A DNA stretch of 64,000 bases from Oscillospiraceae bacterium (GCA_963596815.1 CAVBNV010000001.1:129307-193306), one strand, 5' to 3'; positions 19,315 to 29,790 are shown, numbered from the stretch's first letter. Made by a program: numbers and translations. Notes: generated from the letters alone by a model not told the origin.

Positions 19315-20190
19315 TTAATCGGACATCTCCTGCTGGTACTGACCCAGCAGATTTGCAAATGTGCGCAGCTGCTCATCTGAGCTGAAGTGAACCGTCAGCT
19401 TCCCTTTGCCGTCGTGGTATGCAACCTTTACTTCATTTCCCAGAGCCTGCTTTAGACTTTCCTGTACTTCTATCGGGAATGCCTGCTGCATTGGCTGCTC
19501 TTTCTTTGCCTTTGGCTCTTTCGACAGCTTTTTGCAAAGCTCCTCCGCCTGGCGTACATTGAGCTGATTGTCTGCAATAATCTGCGCTGCCTGCTCCTGC
19601 AGGTCTGCTGTAGGCAGGCTTAAGATTGCTTTCGCATGTCCGGTATTCAAAAAACCGCTCTTCAGCAGGTCAAGCACATTTTCAGACAGGTTTAGCAACC
19701 GCAGACTGTTTGCAAGGGCGCTTCGGCTTTTGCCAAGCTTTTGCGCCGCCTGCTCCTGTGTCAGGCTGCACCGTGTCATCAGCTCACGGATACCTGTTGC
19801 CTCTTCAACGGGGTCAAGGTCTTCACGCTGCAAATTTTCGACCAGCGCCAGCTCCATCGCCTGTTCATCGGACACGTCCTTGATAATGACAGGTACTTCA
19901 TTCAATCCTGCCATTCGGCAGGCTCTCCATCGCCGCTCGCCTGCTATGATTTCATAGCTGCCAACCCCTTTGGGACGCACTGCAATCGGCTGAAGCAAGC
20001 CATGCTCTGCAATGCTTGCAGCCAACTCGCTCATCGCATCCGGATCGAAATTTTTTCTCGGTTGGTTTGTGTCCGGCTCGATCTCACGCAGAGGCAGGGA
20101 GTCTATCTTTGCATCCGATTCAAAACTCGGCGCTGCGTCCTCGAACAGACTTTCTAGACCACGTCCGAGGCCGCCCTTTCCTTTTGCCAT
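19315..20190 (-). CDS. parB: Chromosome partitioning protein ParB/Spo0J
   Basis: GLGRGL, NQPRKNF, GLLQPI, IAGERRWRA, ENLQREDL, HTH KSRSALANSLRLL. Confidence 0.97.
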   Translation of the reverse strand: MAKGKGGLGRGLESLFEDAAPSFESDAKIDSLPLREIEPDTNQPRKNFDPDAMSELAASIAEHGLLQPIAVRPKGVGSYEIIAGERRWRACRMAGLNEVPVIIKDVSDEQAMELALVENLQREDLDPVEEATGIRELMTRCSLTQEQAAQKLGKSRSALANSLRLLNLSENVLDLLKSGFLNTGHAKAILSLPTADLQEQAAQIIADNQLNVRQAEELCKKLSKEPKAKKEQPMQQAFPIEVQESLKQALGNEVKVAYHDGKGKLTVHFSSDEQLRTFANLLGQYQQEMSD

Positions 20191-20207
20191 TTTCTTCCTC
20201 CCTGTGC

Positions 20208-21047
20208 TCAGTCTTCAAGTGCGTTTTTGTTTGTTTCTTCTGCTTCCGTCTTGCTCTTCGCACGTCGTTTGCCGACAGCATCGTGCGGACGGTTACGCTT
20301 TACAAATTCGATCGCAAGGTCCATATACGCCTCGCTGCCTTTCCCCTTTGGTTCATAGAAGTTGATCGGCTGACCGTAGCTTGGCGCTTCCGAGATACGG
20401 ATCGAACGCGGAATCGTCGTGCTGTACACCTTTGCCCCAAAGTACTTTTTTACCTGTTCCACAACCTGCACCGTTAAATTGTAGCGCAGCGAAAACATGG
20501 TAAATACCACACCCTCGATATCAAGATAGGGATTGTATTTCTTCCGGATTGTCTTCAGCGTGCTGATCAGTTCTGAAAGTCCTTCCAGTGCGTAATACTC
20601 GCATTGTACCGGGATCAGTACGCTGTCACAAGCGCACAGACCATTCAATGTGAGCAGATCCAAACTCGGAGGGCAATCAATAAAGATAAAGTCATAATCC
20701 TTCTGCACCGATGCCAGAGCCCTCCGCAGACGGCTCTCACGTCCCTGCATACCGATCAGTTCCAGCGCAGCACCTGCCAAACGCGTATTTGATGCAATCA
20801 CATCTGTCCGAAACTCTGTGCTGCGAATTGCCTCTGCAGCACTCGCCTCACCAATCATGACCTCATATGTTCCCTTTTCTACGCTGCGTTTCGGGATGCC
20901 ATAACCCGTCGTGGTGTTTCCCTGTGGATCAAGGTCAACAATCAGCACTTTTTTGCCGAGCGCCGACACGCAGGACGACAGGTTTACAGCGGTCGTTGTC
21001 TTGCCCACACCGCCTTTTTGATTTGCAATTGCGATTATTTTTGCCAC
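20208..21047 (-). CDS. parA: Chromosome partitioning ATPase ParA/Soj
   Basis: NQKGGVGKTT, DLDPQGN, IDCPPSL, QCEYYALEG; GTG start. Confidence 0.97.
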   Translation of the reverse strand: MAKIIAIANQKGGVGKTTTAVNLSSCVSALGKKVLIVDLDPQGNTTTGYGIPKRSVEKGTYEVMIGEASAAEAIRSTEFRTDVIASNTRLAGAALELIGMQGRESRLRRALASVQKDYDFIFIDCPPSLDLLTLNGLCACDSVLIPVQCEYYALEGLSELISTLKTIRKKYNPYLDIEGVVFTMFSLRYNLTVQVVEQVKKYFGAKVYSTTIPRSIRISEAPSYGQPINFYEPKGKGSEAYMDLAIEFVKRNRPHDAVGKRRAKSKTEAEETNKNALED

Positions 21048-21076
21048 AGCTCTTCTTCCTTCCGGGAAACCTGTGT

Positions 21077-21092
21077 TGTTCCACGTGGAACA
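21077..21092. promoter_or_regulatory. parS site
   Basis: Perfect 16-bp palindrome TGTTCCACGTGGAACA in the parA upstream region. Confidence 0.9.
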
Positions 21093-21218
21093 CTCGCAGT
21101 CCGATGCCGACGTTTCCCTTTATTCACGGCACCTCAAAAGCTAGTATAACACAATCAAAAAATTTTTTGAACAGTTTCCCGGGTTTTTGCTTTGTAAACA
21201 AGCATCTTGTGTCAATTT

Positions 21219-21926
21219 TTATTTGAGCGGGCTTTTGGCAATCTTTCCACCGTTGCGCGGGTATGCCGCAGGCGTAGGTGCTATTTTTTTGCAGAGAATC
21301 AGCGTGCGCACATCACCCGCCGGTAAATGGAAGGTGCGTGTTTCCTTATATTCTCCCCCAAGTTTTTTTATCGCACCTTGCGCAGCGGCAAGTTCCTCCT
21401 TGCCGGAAGAGCCTTTCATTGCCAAAAAACATCCGCTTGTTTTTACAAGCGGCAGACAGTACTCGGCCAGCATCGGCAGCGCAGCAACCGCACGGGCAGA
21501 AGCTAAATCGAACTGCTCGCGCCACCTTTTGCGTGCAGCCTCCTCTGCACGCTCCTTGGCAAATTCCACCCCTGTAAGCCCGATTTTTTCGCAGGCATAT
21601 TTCAAAAAATCCACGCGTTTTCCTGTCGGCTCCATCAGGGTGATTTCCAGCTCAGGCTTGTAGATTTTTGTCACGATACCGGGAAATCCTGCACCTGCAC
21701 CGACATCCACCATTTTTCCGCATACTTCCTGCTGGCTGGCGAAAAGCAGACTGTCCAAAAAGTGTTTGTTTTCAATTCCTTCCGGGTCTGTGATGGCTGT
21801 CAAGTTGACCTTTTGATTGTATTCCACCAAAATTTCCGCAAAAACATCCAGCTGGTCCAACTGTGTTCCTGTAAGACTGATGTTCCACGTGGAACATTTT
21901 GCCTCCAGGCGCTGCTTATCGATCAT
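21219..21926 (-). CDS. rsmG: 16S rRNA m7G527 methyltransferase
   Basis: NLTAI, KHFLDSL, DVGAGAGFPG, RAEE, ARAVA, YPR. Confidence 0.95.
   Translation of the reverse strand: MIDKQRLEAKCSTWNISLTGTQLDQLDVFAEILVEYNQKVNLTAITDPEGIENKHFLDSLLFASQQEVCGKMVDVGAGAGFPGIVTKIYKPELEITLMEPTGKRVDFLKYACEKIGLTGVEFAKERAEEAARKRWREQFDLASARAVAALPMLAEYCLPLVKTSGCFLAMKGSSGKEELAAAQGAIKKLGGEYKETRTFHLPAGDVRTLILCKKIAPTPAAYPRNGGKIAKSPLK
21881..21896. promoter_or_regulatory. parS site inside rsmG
   Basis: Second identical TGTTCCACGTGGAACA. Confidence 0.88.
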
Positions 21927-21966
21927 ACGCTTTCCTTTCGTCAAAACATTATCGCTAATGCGTCAA

Positions 21967-22521
21967 TTATTCACCCGTCAGATGTACAAAAACCGGTTCA
22001 TGACACACTGCCGGCAAAAACTTTTTAAGTACATCCTTTGTGCGCAGCTTGAGCGAGGACGTATTGATGCACGGGTGGCAGCCCAAATATTCTCCTGCAG
22101 TAACATCCTCGTCCATCAGCAGCTGCACCCTGCCTTCCGCATCGTTTGCAAGCCCCATAATAGAGGATGAACCCGGCGTGCAATCCAGATATTTTTCCAT
22201 ATCCTCCGCAGACGCAAAGCTTAACCGAGCAATGCCAAGCTGATGGGAAAGCTCTTTTGTCTTAAAAGGCTTATCTCCCGGCATCATCAACAGGTAGTAA
22301 CTTGTTTTCTGGCGGTTGCATAAAAACAAATTTTTACAAACCGTTGCTCCAAGGCAATCATCAATCACCTTACAGTCCTCCATGGTATCCGCTTTCATCC
22401 ATGGGTGATCTGTGCGCCAAAAAGGGATTTCCAGCCGTTCCAGCAGCTCGTATGTCCGCACCTCTTTCAGCATTCGGTCCGAGCAGTCCTCCGGACGTCC
22501 CTCGTACAGTGTCAGGTTCAT
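21967..22521 (-). CDS. YbaK/ProX prolyl-tRNA editing domain protein
   Basis: CKNLFL, RLSFAS, TPGSSS, GCHPCINTSSL. Confidence 0.88.
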   Translation of the reverse strand: MNLTLYEGRPEDCSDRMLKEVRTYELLERLEIPFWRTDHPWMKADTMEDCKVIDDCLGATVCKNLFLCNRQKTSYYLLMMPGDKPFKTKELSHQLGIARLSFASAEDMEKYLDCTPGSSSIMGLANDAEGRVQLLMDEDVTAGEYLGCHPCINTSSLKLRTKDVLKKFLPAVCHEPVFVHLTGE

Positions 22522-22545
22522 TTTCTTTCTTCCCTCCCCTTCTCT

Positions 22546-24414
22546 TTATCTCCTCGCCGCAAGCGCAATGCTCAGTTGGGCTGCATCCGACGGAGAAACA
22601 CCCGGGATGCGGCTTGCCTGTCCCAAATTTCGCGGCCGAATTTTCGCAAGCTTCTCACGTGCTTCCAGCGTCAGCCCCGCCAGCTCGGAATAATCAAAGT
22701 CCATCGGGATCAGCGTCTTTTCATGGCGTGCCACTTCACGGATCATTCTGTCCTGTCGGGCAATATAACCGGCATATTTTATTTCTGTCTCCAGGCGTTC
22801 TGCCAGCATCGCAGTAATTTCCTCGCCCCAGCCGATAACGCCTGCAATCAATTCATAGTGGATTTCCGGTCTGCGAAGCAGCTCTTCTGCAATGCCGCCC
22901 TCAGCAGCGGGCTGCAGCCCTTTTTCCTCCATAGCCATGCGCAGCTCCGCCGTCTTCAAATGCGTCTCATGCAAGCGCCGGCGTTCCGCCTCCAGCACCG
23001 CTTGCGTATGACAGTATTTTTTCCAACGGTCATCCTGCACCAGCCCGTATTCCCTGCCAATGGGCGTCAATCGTGAATCAGCATTGTCCTGCCGCAATGT
23101 CAGCCGGTACTCGCTGCGGCTTGTCATCATTCGGTAGGGATCCATCACACCCTTTGTTACAAGGTCATCCACAAGCGTCCCAAGGTAGCTGCTTTGCCGC
23201 GGCAAAATCAACTGCGTAAAACCAAGTGCATTGCGTGCGGCATTCAGGCCGGCAAGCAGACCTTGTGCAGCTGCCTCCTCGTAACCGGAAGTGCCGTTGA
23301 ACTGTCCTGCCCCGTACAGCCCGCGCACAATCTTGCTTTCCAGTGTGGCCTCCATGCTTGTGGGGTCTACGCAGTCGTATTCAATGGCATAGGCCGGACG
23401 CATGATCTCAAGATTTTCAAAGCCTTGAATGCTGTGATAAAATGCGTTCTGCACATCCTCCGGCAAACTGCTTGATGCACCTTGCAAATACATTTCCTCG
23501 GTGTTTTCTCCGCAGGGTTCAACAAAAATCGGGTGGCGGTCTTTACCGGCAAATCTCACCACCTTGTCTTCAATGGACGGGCAATAGCGCGGCCCTACTC
23601 CCTCAATCATGCCGCCATACAGCGGGCTGCGCTGAATATTGTCCAGAATAATTTTGTGTGTATCAGGATTTGTATACGCAATCCAGCAATCCACCTTGTT
23701 ATGGATAGGCTTTTCTGTCAAAAAACTAAACGGCTGCAGCTCGTTGTCGGGGTCGCCGGGCTGACATTCCAATTTGCTAAAGTCAATGCTGCGGCGATGC
23801 ACGCGTGCCGGTGTGCCCGTCTTAAAACGTCGCAGCGGCAGTCCCGCCTCTTTCAGGCTCTCGGTAAGTGCGTTTGCGGCATGCATGCCATCCGGGCCGG
23901 AGGCGTACCACGCATCGCCCACAAATATCTTTCCGCCTAGGTTTGTCCCCGTAGCGATCACGACACACTTTGCGCTGTATTCGCCGTGCAGCTGGGTAAC
24001 AACACCCTTTACGCGTCCATCTTCCACCTCAATTTTTACAACCTCTGCCTGATGGATCGCCAGTCCCTGTGTTTTTTCAAGCGCATGTTTCATGTACTCA
24101 TGGTAGCGTTTGCGATCCGTCTGCACACGCAATGCATGTACCGCCGGTCCCTTGCCCTTGTTGAGCATACGGCTTTGCAGGTAGGTCTCATCCGCTGCAA
24201 TTCCCATCAGTCCTCCCAGGGCATCCAACTCACGCACAAGCGTCCCCTTTGCAGTACCGCCGATACTGGGGTTGCAAGGCATATTACCGATTGCATCAAG
24301 GCTCATGGTAAACACTGCAGTCCTGGCCCCCAGCACCGCTGCGGCGTGGGCAGCCTCGATCCCCGCATGCCCTGCGCCTATTACAATCACATCATAGTCT
24401 CCCAAATGGTTCAT
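22546..24414 (-). CDS. mnmG: tRNA modification enzyme MnmG (GidA)
   Basis: GAGHAG, MPCNPSIGG, KTGTPAR, GPRYCPSIEDK, GQFNGTSGYEEAAAQG. Confidence 0.97.
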   Translation of the reverse strand: MNHLGDYDVIVIGAGHAGIEAAHAAAVLGARTAVFTMSLDAIGNMPCNPSIGGTAKGTLVRELDALGGLMGIAADETYLQSRMLNKGKGPAVHALRVQTDRKRYHEYMKHALEKTQGLAIHQAEVVKIEVEDGRVKGVVTQLHGEYSAKCVVIATGTNLGGKIFVGDAWYASGPDGMHAANALTESLKEAGLPLRRFKTGTPARVHRRSIDFSKLECQPGDPDNELQPFSFLTEKPIHNKVDCWIAYTNPDTHKIILDNIQRSPLYGGMIEGVGPRYCPSIEDKVVRFAGKDRHPIFVEPCGENTEEMYLQGASSSLPEDVQNAFYHSIQGFENLEIMRPAYAIEYDCVDPTSMEATLESKIVRGLYGAGQFNGTSGYEEAAAQGLLAGLNAARNALGFTQLILPRQSSYLGTLVDDLVTKGVMDPYRMMTSRSEYRLTLRQDNADSRLTPIGREYGLVQDDRWKKYCHTQAVLEAERRRLHETHLKTAELRMAMEEKGLQPAAEGGIAEELLRRPEIHYELIAGVIGWGEEITAMLAERLETEIKYAGYIARQDRMIREVARHEKTLIPMDFDYSELAGLTLEAREKLAKIRPRNLGQASRIPGVSPSDAAQLSIALAARR

Positions 24415-24499
24415 CCTGAATTATTCCCTCTATTAAATGCAGATTTTGTGCCTTAAATTTTCCACTGTTTTTTCAAGACTTGTTGAAAATTCGGCACAA

Positions 24500-25870
24500 T
24501 TATTTGCCCACGCAAAAACGCTCAAAAACCTGATCGATCACTGCCTCTGATGCATTTTCTCCCGTCAGCTCACACAGTGCGTTCAAAGCATCATCCACGC
24601 AGACCGAAACCGCATCCAGCCCAAAACCAGCCTGTGCTGCATCCAACGCACCCGCTATCGCATCGCGGGCACGCATCGCTGCCGAAAGCTGCCGCTGGCC
24701 CGAAAGACTTGCCGCATGCGGGTCAATCTTGTTTGTCCCAAGCACCCGTGCAACTGCTGCGGCAATAACCTTGCGGCTCGCTTCTTCTTTGCAGCACACC
24801 GGCAGCACCATTGCAAAATACGGCGCAATTATCTCTGTGTCGAATTGTGCCGGTCGGTCCTCTTTATTGACCAGTGCAATTGCCGGACGTCCCTCACAGC
24901 GTTTTGCCAATTGCAGATCCTCCTGCATCAGCATTTCCGAGCCGTCGTAGACAGCCAGCACAAGCCCTGCTTCTTCCAGTTTTTTCCAGCTTCGACGGAT
25001 ACCCTCCGCTTCGACAATGTCATCCGTCTCGCGCAGCCCTGCCGTATCAAACAGATTCAACCGGATGTCCCCCAATTGCACCGTCTGCTCTACAACATCT
25101 CTTGTTGTGCCCGCTACCGGTGTTACAATTGCACGGTCAAACCCTGCCAGAAGGTTGAGCAATGTCGATTTTCCGGCGTTTGGTCTGCCTACGATCGCAC
25201 AGTCTACTCCTTCTCTTAGCACAGTGCTCGCATCATAGTGATCAATCAGCTCGTCCAGCGTTGCCTTTGTACTCCGGAGCACTGTTAACAGGTTTTCATT
25301 CTCCAGCTCCGGTACATCCTCCTCCGGGAAGTCGACCCATGCCGAAAGATGTGCCTGTAATGCCATCAGCTCCTGCTTTTGTGCATCGATTGCTTTTGCA
25401 AGTGCACCATTCAGTGCCGAATTTGCCAGTGCTGCACCCTGCCGTCCGTCCGCGGATACAATATCCATCACCGCTTCTGCCTGTGTCAAGCTCAGCTTTC
25501 CATTCAAAAAAGCACGGCGTGTGTACTCGCCAGGGGCAGCCGGCTGTGCTCCGGCCGCAATACAGGCTTCCATTAAACGCCGTGCGACCGCACTGCCTCC
25601 GTGACAGCTCAGCTCAATCACATCCTCGCCGGTGTAACTGTGCGGTGCCCGAAAGAAAAGGGCGATTCCCTCGTCGAACGCTTCGCCTTTTTCTATAAAT
25701 TTGCCGTATATAGCCGTGTACCCCTGGGCATCTTTTACTTTTTTGCCCGCACTGTACGGTCTGAAAACCTGTGCTGCAACTGCATAGCTCTGTGCCCCGG
25801 AAAGTCTTATCACGGCAATACCACCGCTGCCCGGCGCCGTTGCAATTGCCGCAATCGTTGTATCCTGCAT
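24500..25870 (-). CDS. mnmE: tRNA modification GTPase MnmE (TrmE)
   Basis: TIAAIAT, PHSYTGED, GRPNAGKS, GTTRD, DTAG, C-terminal FCVGK. Confidence 0.97.
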   Translation of the reverse strand: MQDTTIAAIATAPGSGGIAVIRLSGAQSYAVAAQVFRPYSAGKKVKDAQGYTAIYGKFIEKGEAFDEGIALFFRAPHSYTGEDVIELSCHGGSAVARRLMEACIAAGAQPAAPGEYTRRAFLNGKLSLTQAEAVMDIVSADGRQGAALANSALNGALAKAIDAQKQELMALQAHLSAWVDFPEEDVPELENENLLTVLRSTKATLDELIDHYDASTVLREGVDCAIVGRPNAGKSTLLNLLAGFDRAIVTPVAGTTRDVVEQTVQLGDIRLNLFDTAGLRETDDIVEAEGIRRSWKKLEEAGLVLAVYDGSEMLMQEDLQLAKRCEGRPAIALVNKEDRPAQFDTEIIAPYFAMVLPVCCKEEASRKVIAAAVARVLGTNKIDPHAASLSGQRQLSAAMRARDAIAGALDAAQAGFGLDAVSVCVDDALNALCELTGENASEAVIDQVFERFCVGK

Positions 25871-26081
25871 ATTTGTTTCCTCTGTTCGCTCTGTCACGGT
25901 GCATCATAATAATACACCAACCCATGATATTGTACCACGGCTCAGCCAAAAAAGAAATAGAAGTCCTCTTTTTATCTCGGTTTTCAACATATCGAAATAA
26001 AAAAGTTGAAAACAGCAGAAAAAAGCACCTGACGCTTTGTTCATTTACAGACCATGCGTACAGGTGCTCTCTCTTTATTTA

Positions 26082-27134
26082 TCAGCGCGTACGCCCGTGT
26101 ACGCGGTAGTACTGCTCCTTATCCAGATACATCTGGCGTTCTGCCTCTTTTCGCAGCAGATTGGAATCGATCGTTTCGATGCTCTGATGTGCCATACCGA
26201 TCGCAACCGAATATCCGCTTGCCTCGATCGCTGTACGGAATTCCTGCATCATTTGGCGTATCTCTTTGCCCGGCTTATCGGACAAAAAGGCCACAAACTC
26301 ATCACCGCCGATCCGGTAGCAGTTCGACTCGCCAAAATACGTGTGCATCTTTTTGCCAACTTCCCGCAGCATCTGGTCGCCTGCATCATGCCCTTTTGAG
26401 TTGTTCAACTCATGCAGTCCGTTTACGTCAATGTAGATGCAGGCGATGCACTTTTTGCTGTTTTTGGCATATTCCTCCTGCTCATATTCAAATGCATTAC
26501 GGCTCTTTAACCCTGTGGTCAGGTCGTAATCGATCATCCGCTGCATGTCGTCACGCAAAACAAAGCTTTCGTGTGTCCGCTTTGTCTGATAGGTCGATAT
26601 ATTGCATGAAACCAGGGTAAATATAACCGTGTTGAGCAGGTCTCTGTAGAACAGCGCATTTGACTTGAACAGAAAAGATAACATCAAAAATATTGCATCA
26701 TAAAACAAGAGCATCAGCCAACTGAAAATCGGACGGATTGCAAACAGTGGCGGCACCACCATTAAAAAAGCCATAAAGGTAATTGCAGGTGAATCCGGAA
26801 AGACAACCGTGCCGATTAAAATCGACAAGCCAAACAGCAATGCATCAAACAGATTGACCAGCAGCCACATTGAGCGCTCGCTGCTCTGGTTCATCACATG
26901 TCTCATGACCTGCAGCAGCAGACACCCTGCAAAGGCGCCAAAATAAATCACCCAGCCCCTGCGCACTGTTTCGGATAAAAAAACCGAAAAGATAACCGGA
27001 ATTAAAAACAGCGTACAGCAGTTTATGTACTTCTCAAGCATTTTTATATTCGATTTCAATATCAACGGCCGTATCCGTTGATATTGCTGTTCTTCTATCC
27101 CTGCGTAGAAGAGGTATTTTTTCAGCTTATCCAT
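26082..27134 (-). CDS. Membrane-bound GGDEF domain protein (putative diguanylate cyclase)
   Basis: Several N-terminal TM helices; DLTTGLKSR, IDVNGL, GHDAGD, YRIGGDEF. Confidence 0.9.
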   Translation of the reverse strand: MDKLKKYLFYAGIEEQQYQRIRPLILKSNIKMLEKYINCCTLFLIPVIFSVFLSETVRRGWVIYFGAFAGCLLLQVMRHVMNQSSERSMWLLVNLFDALLFGLSILIGTVVFPDSPAITFMAFLMVVPPLFAIRPIFSWLMLLFYDAIFLMLSFLFKSNALFYRDLLNTVIFTLVSCNISTYQTKRTHESFVLRDDMQRMIDYDLTTGLKSRNAFEYEQEEYAKNSKKCIACIYIDVNGLHELNNSKGHDAGDQMLREVGKKMHTYFGESNCYRIGGDEFVAFLSDKPGKEIRQMMQEFRTAIEASGYSVAIGMAHQSIETIDSNLLRKEAERQMYLDKEQYYRVHGRTR

Positions 27135-27371
27135 TTAGACCCCTCCATTAAAAGGAACTCATCCATGCCATACATCACACACTCACAATTACCGCACACC
27201 GTGCAGTCCTCGTCCACTGTACTATTCAGTTTACCACGTAAAACAAAAAAAAGATATCTTTTTACGAAAGTACGCGCTTTGATTTTGTCGATTTTCACTT
27301 TTGACCAAAAATGATCCCTCAAAATTATATCATATTTCGGGATACAAAATGTGATATAAACCAAAATACAC

Positions 27372-27404
27372 AAAAACCGGAAAGGTTTTTTGCCCTTCCG
27401 GTTT
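27372..27404 (-). terminator. Terminator after jag
   Basis: Minus strand aaaccggaagg...ctttccggttttt. Confidence 0.8.
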
Positions 27405-27434
27405 ATTGCTGTTACAGATTTATTCTTTTCACGC

Positions 27435-28634
27435 TTACAGCTCGATTTTACCAAAGCTGAAATCCGCAAAATCATCTACACGCTCTGTACGCTTTGGTGC
27501 TACCGGTGCTGCCGCATCGACATCACGCGGTGCATAGGTGCGTTCCGGCACGCCGGACGTGCGGCTGCCACGGTAGCCGCCATTACCAGTGCGGCTGCCG
27601 CCGCGATAGCCGCTGTTGCTGCGGCCGCCACGCTCTCCGCCACGGTCAGAACGGTTGCCGCCGCGATAGCCGCCATTGCTGCGGCCGCCTGCAGGACGCC
27701 GACCATTGCCGCGTCCGCGGGGACGACGCTCGCCGTAGGTGTTTTCGGTCTGTGCACCCGGTGCAGTAGAGTAAATCACGACACGGCGGTCACGTCCTTC
27801 ACCCTTGCTCTCACTGCGCACACCTTCCATCTTACCAATGGCAGAATGGATAATGCGTCTCTCGTAGGGGTTCATGGGTTCCATCGCAAAACTGCGGCCG
27901 GTCTTGCGCACCTTAGCGCCGATGCGCTGTGCAAGTGCGGTCAAATCGCTCTCACGCTTATCGCGATAACCTGCCACATCCAGGCCCAGTTTGATATAAT
28001 CGCCCTCCAGGCGGTTTGCAACCAGACTTGCAAGGTAAGACAGGCTTTCCATCGTTTCTCCGCGACGACCAATCAAAGCCCCCAGCTTTTCACCATTCAA
28101 GCGGATGATCGTAGCCTCGCCCTTCTGCACAGCACTAAACTCGACGTTTTCCACACCCATCAGTGCGATAACGCCGCTCAGGTACTCCACAGCAGCCTTT
28201 ACCTTAGCATTTTCTTCGATCACAATGGGGACTTCCACTTCGATTTCCTCATCCGGAACAGACTGCGGAGAAGTCTGCTCCGGCTCAGCAGCCGGCGCTT
28301 CCTCTGCCGCCGTTTTCTCGGCATCGGCAACCGCATTCTCCTCGACAGGTGCAGTAACCTCCGGCTGTGCCTGCTCGGTCGGCTCAGCGGCGATCTGCTC
28401 GACTGCCGGCTCTGCAGGCTTTTCCTCAGCCGGGGCATCGGGCTCCTCCACGCTTACACGGACCTTTGCCGGGGTCGTTTTCAGCCCCAGAAAGCCGGTT
28501 TTTTGGGGCATTTCCAGCAATTCAAAGGTAACATTCAAATCTTCCGGCTGCACACCCAGCAATGCGCACGCATTTGCGCGCGCTTCTTCAACCGTTTTGC
28601 CGGTTGCTTCCTGCGTACGGATCATCAAAATCAA
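27435..28634 (-). CDS. jag: RNA-binding protein Jag/EloR/KhpB
   Basis: Jag_N (GKTVEEA, GFLGL), KH (LIGRRGE), R3H (ERRIIH); TTG start overlapping the yidC end. Confidence 0.93.
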   Translation of the reverse strand: MILMIRTQEATGKTVEEARANACALLGVQPEDLNVTFELLEMPQKTGFLGLKTTPAKVRVSVEEPDAPAEEKPAEPAVEQIAAEPTEQAQPEVTAPVEENAVADAEKTAAEEAPAAEPEQTSPQSVPDEEIEVEVPIVIEENAKVKAAVEYLSGVIALMGVENVEFSAVQKGEATIIRLNGEKLGALIGRRGETMESLSYLASLVANRLEGDYIKLGLDVAGYRDKRESDLTALAQRIGAKVRKTGRSFAMEPMNPYERRIIHSAIGKMEGVRSESKGEGRDRRVVIYSTAPGAQTENTYGERRPRGRGNGRRPAGGRSNGGYRGGNRSDRGGERGGRSNSGYRGGSRTGNGGYRGSRTSGVPERTYAPRDVDAAAPVAPKRTERVDDFADFSFGKIEL

Positions 28635-29707
28635 TCCTCCTTATCATTATTCAGTTCACTCAGCGGGACAGTGCGCTCATCCTTGTAGCGCTCTGCATCC
28701 AGCTGGCGTGCATATTCCAGACGGCGCTTGTTCATCTCACTGGCAGACAGGTTCTTTTCAACAACCTTGCCTGTCTTTTCATCAATGACCTTGACCGTCG
28801 TGCTCTTCACACCGCGCTTTTCCTGCTTGCGGCGCTCGGCAATCTGTGCCTCAACCTCTTTGCGCATCTTTTCGGGGTCATATACCTTACGCATCACCTG
28901 CGTCTGCACAGTCATCACGATGTTAGAGATGACATAGTACAGTGAGAATGCCAGCGGGTAGGTAAAGCAGAAGAACAGGTACATCAGGGGCATCATGTAC
29001 ATCGTTACTTTCATGCTGCCCTGCATTTTCTGACCGGATGCCTTCATGCTGATGTGGGTGGAGATAAACATCGTTACCACCGAGAGCAGCGGCAGGATAA
29101 TTTCCAGAGACAGACTGATCGTCGGGATGTGCGTCAGATCAATGCCCAAGAAGTTCATGTGCCGGCTGAACTCTGTGATCGTCTCGATCTGGTCTGCGGT
29201 AAAGCAGCTCAGCACGCTGCTCTCACCTGCCACCACCTGCGCAATAATGTTGGTGTCACGGGTAATAGCCGTAAACGAAACACCGGCAGCCGTCATTGCC
29301 TCGCCGGCTGCGGTCAGCACATCCGCACTGATATGGAAAATGCGCTGCAGCGGGTTGTACACAACGCCGATAACGCCAAACATCACAAAAAAGTTGAGCA
29401 GCATCGGCATGCAGCCGGCCGTGGGGCTGTAGCCGTATTCCTGCTGCAGCTTCATCATCTCTTCCTGCTGCTTTTCGGGCTTATCCTTGTATTTTGTCTG
29501 GATTTCCTGCAGCATTGGCTGGAATGCCGACATTTTGGCCATGCTCTTCTGCTGGCTGAGCTGAAGCGGAATCTTTACAATGTTGATCAACAGTGTAAAG
29601 AGGATGATGTCCCAGCCATAATTGGGGATCAGCTTATAGATCCACTCCATTACATAACCAAGCGGGACTCCTAAGATGTACAGAAAATTACCCATATCTT
29701 CGTCCAT
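28631..29707 (-). CDS. yidC: Membrane protein insertase YidC
   Basis: NYGWDIILFT, QQKSM, GCMPML, LYYVISN; start may be 29695. Confidence 0.92.
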   Translation of the reverse strand: MDEDMGNFLYILGVPLGYVMEWIYKLIPNYGWDIILFTLLINIVKIPLQLSQQKSMAKMSAFQPMLQEIQTKYKDKPEKQQEEMMKLQQEYGYSPTAGCMPMLLNFFVMFGVIGVVYNPLQRIFHISADVLTAAGEAMTAAGVSFTAITRDTNIIAQVVAGESSVLSCFTADQIETITEFSRHMNFLGIDLTHIPTISLSLEIILPLLSVVTMFISTHISMKASGQKMQGSMKVTMYMMPLMYLFFCFTYPLAFSLYYVISNIVMTVQTQVMRKVYDPEKMRKEVEAQIAERRKQEKRGVKSTTVKVIDEKTGKVVEKNLSASEMNKRRLEYARQLDAERYKDERTVPLSELNNDKED

Positions 29708-29790
29708 TCTGCCCTGTCTGTGGTACAGGACGCATTATTTTTTATCGTAGGACACCTTACCCACAGTGTAAAGCGTCACAAGAAGCTTAT

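Noticed and set aside
27230..27245. parS-like tttaccacgtaaaaca, and weak matches near 50136 and 51641
   Set aside because: Three or more mismatches, and the palindrome is broken.
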